Positions 56,201-64,000 of a DNA stretch of 64,000 nt are shown here, one piece after another. The stretch is from NCBI GenBank assembly GCA_023213395.1, contig CM041465.1, positions 59,775,741-59,839,740 of the forward strand, read 5' to 3'. This DNA is from Cycas panzhihuaensis. Taxonomy: Eukaryota; Plantae; Cycadophyta. Positions within the stretch are counted from its first letter, which is position 1; the number at the start of each line of letters is the position of its first letter. Below the pieces are notes generated by a model. That model saw only the letters and a list, made by a program, of their open reading frames with translations. It was not told the DNA's origin and made no database searches. The position numbers were made by a program, and so were the translations under genes.

Positions 56201-59200
56201 AGTTCATCGAACATAACAAGACCTTTGCAACAAGCTTCCACTCATCTAATCCACTTCCTGATGTTGCCTTTGAAATCGAAGTGGACGAGGAAGCTTGCTA
56301 TTCCAAACAGTAAGGACAATCAGCGCGTGGAAGACGAAACTCACGTGGTCATGATCAGGGCAAGAACCAAGGACAAAGGCAACAACAACAGAACCCCCAA
56401 AATTTAGGAGGAAAACAAACATTTAACCAAAGATAGTATGGCACTCCCAGCACATCATATGGGACATTAAATCAACCCCTGATATGTGAACGATGTCATT
56501 GTAAAAGACACTTTGCCAAATATTGTCGAACAACTTTTCATAAGCTCAGCAGAAATCGACAACGGCACAATGCCCACAACGTTGATGCAGAAGAAACCTT
56601 TGGTGGGACCCTGTTTACTGAAGCATGCTTGCACAACACAAGGAAAACCAGTTCTTCCACTTCATCAAAAAGGTACATTGAGGCACATTGTGGCTATGCC
56701 ACTTGTCATGTCAACTCCATTATGCCTCAACCTCTTGGAGTAGCAAACACTGCCACAGTCCATTCCTCCACATGGATCATGGATATCGGTACCACACAAC
56801 ACATGACATGTCACCGAGACTACTTTCAAGCCCTTGATACAAATGTCACTGGTCTTGTACATATCGCTGACAAATCAAGCCAACCTGTCGAAGGTATGGG
56901 CACGGTTTGCCTAACACTCCCAGGCTTTTACCAGATTTCAAACTACTTGATGTTTTGTATATTCCCTCACTGAAACAAAACCTTCTCTCCTTATCCACAT
57001 TGGTCTCCCGTGGGTTTGATCTGAGTGTAACAACCAATAACAAAACCCTTCAAGTCATCCACCCTCCTCCATATTCAATGGTGATGACAGGCAAGCTTAC
57101 GGGAAAACTCTTCCACCTGACTGGCACCTCATATGCTACAGCCAATCATGCTCATGATTTTTGTGTTGAACCAAAACTTGCCTATAATGTTACCCTAACT
57201 CACCATAAGTTGTCCAAGGAAGCACTTTGGCATGCGTGAATGGGGCATATCAAGTTAGATAGACTCAAAGAAATCTACCATTACACTCTCGGTTTACCCA
57301 GATTTTCTTCAAAGCCCTTCAAGTGTGAAGCATGTATCATTGCAAAATCCCATCGACAGCCCTTCCCACGGAGTTAATAGAAAGCCAGTCAGCCCCTCCA
57401 GCTTGTCCACTCAGACATATGCGGCCCAATGCCTATACCATCCCTCACCAGGAAATGGTACTACATAACATTCATAGATGACTTCACTAAGAAGGTATGG
57501 GTAACCTTTCTAAAAATAAAGGATGAAACATTCTCAAATTTTCTGACATTCAAGGCCCTGGCAAAGAAGGAATGAGGTTTTCAAATCAAATGCCTTCAAA
57601 TAAATAATGGTGGAGAGTATACGTCTAATGAATTTGAAGACTTTCTTTGCATGCATGGGATAAAACATCAAACAACAATTGCAGGTACCCCTCAACAGAA
57701 TGGAGTGGTTGAACGAATGAACAGAACCATCATGAACATGGCACGAACAATGCTTGTATATAAAAATGTACATGCATATCTTTTGGGCCAAGGCAATCTA
57801 TACAGCAGTCTACTGCCTAAACAATGTAAGTCCATCTCAGCTCGGCCCATCTCCAAATGAGAGATGGCCAGGACAGACCCCTATTGTCAACTACTTTAGA
57901 ATATTTGGCTCTACCTGTTATGCTCATATTCTGGATGAGCATAGAAACAAGCTCCAGCCGCGAGCTTTGAAAGGCATCCTTGTAGGGTACCCAATGAACA
58001 AGAAAGGGTACAAGGTCTTCGTACCAACTCTAAAGAAGATTATTATTTCACAGGACATGGTCTTTGCACAAACAGAATAACATCTCTTGCAGCTTTATTC
58101 CAAAGCTCCCACTCACCGCTACAATGATGTCCAAGAATATGATGTGTAGATTCCAAAATTGGTGGGGGGGAGACATGGAAGAGATACTCAAAATGTTGGA
58201 ATCTGACAATAGAGCCATGGAGGACACAGATTCAACACCAATCAGCATTAATCCAACTCCTTCTTTGGAGAACAACCTTGATTACAAAGGCAAAGGAATT
58301 GCTGAAGGACCCTCGTCACCTTCTTCAGTGGCAGGACCATCGTCCCCAACAGTATCAACGTCCTACATTCCTCAAAACTCTTATGACCATTCCAGGATTA
58401 AAACAAGGACCAAGAAGTTGTGGAAATGAGAACTTCATTTCCAACTAAAGGTTTTCGTGAAGCCTACCTGTTGAACAAGGATCTAAGACCTGATGAGGTA
58501 GGCAAAATCGGCACCCGAAGTGGTGCCCTAAAGGCAAAGGAGCAGAGCACACTTCCCACAGAACTTGAACCGATAGAATTGCACCTTGCCAACAATGAAG
58601 AGCCTCTCACACACCAAGAAGTTGTAAAACATGCAGCTTGGAGAAATGCAATAAACGAGGAATATTAATCCTTGATCAAAAATGGTACTTGGGAACTCAA
58701 AGATCTACCTTTGGGAAGAAAGGTAGTAAGAAACAAATGGGTGTTCAAAAACAAATACAAATCTGGCGGCACCCTTGACACACACAAGGCGAGGTTGGTA
58801 GCAAAGGGATTCACCCAAAAGGAAGGCATTGACTACACTAAGGTCTTTGCACCTACGACTAAATGGCCCACAATCAGAACTCTTGTGGCCTTGGCAACTC
58901 AACAGGGCTAGAAGATTCACTAGCTCGATGTAAAGATAGCATTCTTCAATGGGGATCTTGAAAAAAAAATCTACATGGCTCAGCCTGAAGGATATGAGAT
59001 TGTTGAACAAGAGCATAAGGTGTGTAAACTCATGAAGTCTTTGTACGGCCTTAAACAAGCCCCTCATGCTTGGTTCACCAAGTTGTCAAAAAGAATGAGG
59101 CAACTTGGATATGAGGTTTGTAACTACCAAGATATTGATGCAACATTGTTCATCAAGCATGGAAAAGATAGTCACTTACCTCTTAATCTTTGAGGACGAC

Positions 59201-59441
59201 ATGCTTATAATGGGTAACAGTGAACAGGCAATCAACCAGCTAAAGAACGACTTGGCAAAAACGTTTGAATTGTCTGACCTTAGGTTGATCAAATACTACT
59301 TGGGGATTGAGGTTACTCAAAAAGATGGCCAAATCTTTCTTTCTCAACGATCTTTTAACAAGATTTAAATTGGAAGATACTTGACCAATAGCCATTCCAA
59401 TAGAACCAAACGTCAAACTAATAGCTGATGGCAATGATCGA
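53261..59441 (+). mobile_element. Ty1/copia element J: 5' LTR ~53252/53261-53613, PBS 53616-53627, ~2 kb leader, gag-pol ~55599-59441, interrupted in RT by K
   Basis: Perfect PBS tggtatcagagc; WIMDIGTTQHMT; VHSDICGP; TPQQNGVVERMNRT; KARLVAKGFTQKEGIDY; LYGLKQAP. Confidence 0.95.
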
Positions 59442-62400
59442 TGTGAAAATAGGCCAAAGGATTAGAGTGCCTAAGACCTACAAAGCCAAGATCTTGAAGA
59501 TAGTTCACCTCTAGTTCTAAATGACATAATAGCAAAAACAAAGATAAACAAGATCAAGGAAGCAAGATGATACCAAGATGTGAGGAGAAGGAATTAGTCC
59601 TACTCCAAAGAATACCAATTGATTAGCAAAATGGCAGCATAACATTACACATCAACTCTACATGTGAGACATAAGGAGAGATCTCAATATATAGAGTAAC
59701 TGAGGTTACCTAACACCGTTGGATGTTTGCCAAGTGGCACTTGGCAAATATCCAAGGTACATGCAATGCATGGCTTGCATGTCATGCATGAGGGACAAGT
59801 GTCCATTAGGCTCTCAAGTGAGCAAAAATGCATAAGGGTCCATTTGACCCTTTAGTTACAATGTTATGTCACTAGAATGAAAGTAGGTGTGCACTTTATC
59901 ACTTAAGTGATTAGTCACCCCATAAAGTACAAAATAATGAATGAATGAATAAAGTACATACTTAGCATGTAAACATAAGGTTTAACACCCCCCTTACTGT
60001 TTACAATGTTAAGTCGGCCGCCAAGACCATCTCTGAATTTTACAAATTTTTCTCTACCAAGAGGCTTGGTAAAGAGATCTGCTGTCTGCTCCTCTGTAGG
60101 TCTATACTGGAGGTAGATCTCACCATTCTGCACACGCTCTCTGATGAAGTGATGATACACCTCGATACGTTTGGTCCGTGCATGAAAAATTGGATTCTTG
60201 GCTAACTTGAGTACACTTTAGTTGTCACAATATATCCTGGTGGGGTGATTTTGCTCAAGTCCAAGCTCCCCAAGAACCCGTCGTAGCTAGATAGCCTCAC
60301 AAGCTGGGCTGACAGCAGCTTTGTATTCTGCTTCAGTGGAGGACAAGGTAACATTGGATTGCTTCTTGCAACTCCATGAAACAGCTCCTGAACCAAGAGT
60401 AAAGCAGTAACCCGAGATGGATCTCCGGCTATCCTGACAATCTGCCCAATCAGAATCTGAGAACCCTTCCAAGACAAAGTCCTTATTATGTGCATATTGA
60501 AGACCATGTTGCAATGTTCCTTTGATGTATTTGAGTATGTGTTTTGCTGCATTCCAATGTTTCTGAATGGGTTGAGACATGTATCAAGAACAAATCCCAA
60601 CTGCAAATGAAATATCCGGTCGAGTGTTGGTGAGATAAATGAAGCTACCAATCAACTGTAGGTAAAGAGTGGGATCTACAGATTCAGCTTCCTCATTAAG
60701 AGTAAGCTTTGTTCCATTCTCCATAGGTGTTGGTGCTGATTTGCAATCATGCATCCTGAATCGTTGCAAAATGTCCCAAGAATATTTTGTTTGGGATATG
60801 AAGATAGATCTGGGTTGTTGCCACACCTCAAAGCCTAGAGAATAATGTAGTAGTCCAAGATCTGTCATCTCGAAAGTTTTCTTCAAATCATCCTAGAGAA
60901 TGTGTATCATCTTAGTGTCATTACCAATGATTACTAAGTCATCAACATACAAGACAATAAAATGGCATGGTTTTTCTCAACTTTGATGTACAAGTTGGGG
61001 TCTAATGTGGATCAATGAAAACCATGTTTCGAAAAATAATCCTCGATTTTGGAGTACCATGCTCGAGGAGCTTGTTTCAAGCCATACAAAGCCTTTTTCA
61101 GACGATAAACCAAGTGTTCCTTGCCTTGTACTTTGTAACCAAGAGGTTGTTCCAAATATACCTCCTCTTGAAGATCGCCATTGAGAAAGGCACTCTTCAC
61201 GTCCATCTAATATGCGGGCCATTTACATTGAGCAACTAAAGCCAAGATGAGTCTGATGGTGTTCATATTAGCAACAGGTGCAAAAGTCTCCTCATAGTCA
61301 ATGCCTTCTTTTTATTTGAACCCTTTTGCAACAAGTCGCGCCTTATGGCGCTTCAGTGTGCCATCATAATGGAATTTGGTCTTGTAGACCCATTTGCAAC
61401 TGATTGTTTGTTTATGCTTAGGCAATTCTACCAAATCCCATGTTCCATTCTTTTCAATAGAATGGATTTCTTCATCCATAGCAGTTTTCCAATTAGCATT
61501 TTGAGATGCCTCCTCAAAGGTGGAGGGTTCATCAACACAAAGTACATTAGCCATGAATGCATAATTGGTTTGCTGCCTATATTTTGATGGACGCTTTCCT
61601 TCAATAGTCTGACCGTCTTGAGCAATTGAAGTAAACCCTTTTGGCAAATTTTTAACTGATGTGACTTAAACCTCAATGTCTTCTAGTCTGAGTGATGGAT
61701 CAAAAGACGATGTGCTAGGATCAAGTGGAGTAGTATTTGCTAATGTAGACGGTCCAACTGGTGAAGATGGTGTACATGATGTGGAAGATTGAAAGGAAAT
61801 GAAGTACTCAACAATCTTCTTACCTTTATCAAGAGGAGGTTGAAAGGATGCAATTTCCAACTCCTTACGCTCTTCTTCAGCAAAGATTACATCTCTTGAG
61901 AGATACATTTTTTTTCCAATGGGATCATACAACTTGTAAGCTTTACTATGAATGGCATAGCCTACAAAGATGCATTTTAGACTATGTTTGTCTAACTTAG
62001 ATCTTTGTTGATCGGGGATGTGCATGTATGCAATACACCCAAATGTCCTTAAGTGACTGACAGTTGGCTTCTTACCAGACCATGCTTCTTCTAGTGTGAT
62101 GTCGGCGACTGCTGAAGTAGGACTCCAATTTGTCACATAAGCAGTTGTGCGAAATGCTTCTGCCCAATATGCTCGTATGAGTCCTTTTGCATGCATCATT
62201 GCTTTGGCTTTGTTTTCCAAAGTCCTATTCATACGTTCAAAGACTCTATTTTGTTGAGGAGTATGAGGAGTAGTGAGTTGTCTTCGAATGCCATTATCCT
62301 TGCAGAATTAAGTGAATTCACCTCCATTATCTGACCTTAGTATTTTGATTGTATAGCCAAATTCATTCTCTACTTCAAGCTTGAATTCCTTGAACTTCTG

Positions 62401-64000
62401 CAATGCTCCAGATTTTTGTTTAAGGAAGTAAACCCAAATTTTGTGAGAGAAATCATCTATGAAGGAGATATAGTACAATGCACCAATCATCTATGAAGGA
62501 GATATAGTACAATGCACCTCCAAAAGATGTTGTGGACATAGGTCCACATAAATCAGAATGTATCAGCTGCAAAGGATATGATGCACGTCATGCTTTGCCT
62601 TTAGGAAAAGGCAATCTATGTTGTGTCCCCATTATACAAGCTTCACAAAGGCATTCAAAACCATATAGCTTGCGAGGTCCATGCACCATGTTCTTGTTTA
62701 CCATCAACTTGAGATTGTCTAAACTCAAGTGGCCTAGACGATAATGCCAAAGTTGTATCTTTGTTGATGATGTTGCGACAGAGTAAGCAGAATCAGAAGT
62801 TATGTTATTTGCATCCAACTTATAAAGACCATGGTCTTCATGACCAATGGCTACAATCTGATCATGCTTGTCACTGATAACACATTTTCCATTTTTAAAC
62901 AAAATGCTCATCTGTTGCTTGTCCAATTGGCTAACAGATAGCAAGTTCTTCTCCATGGAAAGAATGCAGTAGGCATCACCACTGGGAAATGTTAAAGAAG
63001 GATTTGAAGAAGAATGAAATGAGGCAACTTTGCCTATACCAGAGGTCTCCACTAATTCATTGTTGCCAAAACTTGCTGATTTACCATTTCCTTCTTTGAT
63101 GTCTTGAAGAAGTTCTTCACTTCTAGTCATGTATCGTGATGCCCCTGAATCGATGATCCAAGTTTGATCAAAGTCTGAAGTATGATAAGCACAACGTAGC
63201 TTATCCTCTGCTGCAAACTAATTTGTGTGGTGTTGATTGCCACCTCTAAAACCCCCCCTTCCTCTTTGACCTCCTCGATATGCACCTCAATTTGGTCGAA
63301 AGGGATATTGTTGTTGTTGAAACCGATGATGTTGTTGGAATTGCTGACGAGGCTGCTGTTGTCTCTGATGTGGTTGTTGTTGTTGTGTATGTTGAAGATC
63401 CGCTTTCTTCTTTCGAAAATCAGGAGCAATGTGGCCAACCTTGCCACAATAATGACAAATAGCATTGGCTTTTGAAGTGTCAATATTCATATTCCCAAAT
63501 TGTTTTGTAAGTGAAGGTTTGGGAGTTTAACCTTCAATTTGGCCGTGAAAGCTCCTGAAATTGATGCAACATTATCATTTTCTTTGTCATAGATTTGCTC
63601 CTCTTGAAGTAACAAACTCTCTAATTGATTAAAGGTCATTGTAGAAAGAGAGCCATCTCGAGTATAGATGAAATGAAGCCATTGAAATCTTTAGGCAAAG
63701 CTCAAACAGTAGTGGTGACAAGTTCATCCCTTGAAGCAGGTTTGCCTAAAGTATTCAATTCATTACAAATTTCTTTAATGGAAGCAAGAAATGCCGACAT
63801 AGGCTTTACATACTTTATTGAATAAAGTTTTTCTTTGACAAACAAAATGCGAACTTCATCTCGTCTTTCATACAAGGGGAACAAAGTGTCCCAAGTTTCC
63901 TTAGAAGTTTCAACATTGGCAATATTTTGATCATCATTTACATCAATAACCATATGCAAAAATGCCAAGGCTATTTCATCCTTGGCTTCCCAAGAAGCGA
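59442..64000 (-). mobile_element. Ty1/copia element K: 3' LTR ~59442-59987, PPT 59988-59995, gag-PR-INT-RT-RH ~60000-64000 with stops and frameshifts; runs off the right edge
   Basis: CHYCGKVGH; WIIDSGAS; LRSDNGGEF; [10 protein letters not shown]; [11 protein letters not shown]; SDSDWA; QTADLFTKPL. Confidence 0.97.
62451..62518 (-). repeat. 34-bp tandem duplication frameshifting the integrase core of K
   Basis: aatcatctatgaaggagatatagtacaatgcacc occurs twice. Confidence 0.95.

Noticed and set aside
63227-63490. Gln-rich/Gly-Arg-rich ORF as a host gene
   Set aside because: It is the low-complexity linker after the Gag zinc knuckle of copia K.

Overview
AT-rich plant nuclear DNA, almost entirely nested, decayed retroelements. 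The giant intron and heavy C>T/G>A erosion suggest a gymnosperm-type genome, but that is inference. From left to right: an L1 LINE ORF1 remnant; a Reina-like gypsy pol fragment; a Tnt1/Tork-like copia remnant; a ~3 kb (AT)n array; several decayed copia elements; and six short non-autonomous LTR elements, four with visible 5-bp TSDs. Four of the six keep only a copia Gag N-terminus fused to a long variable 'cargo' frame, and one of these carries an in-frame fragment of a host TPR gene. The only convincing host coding sequence is a terminal exon (40738-40954, minus strand) with a CxxC...CxxC motif. Everything to its right (>23 kb, a nested gypsy/copia cluster) probably lies in one giant intron. 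Two structural signals stand out: a covarying inverted repeat that brackets the PPT/3'LTR junction in seven different elements, and a ~400-nt densely paired, possibly pseudoknotted RNA domain upstream of gag in copia leaders. Coordinates were counted by hand; edges of decayed elements are approximate.
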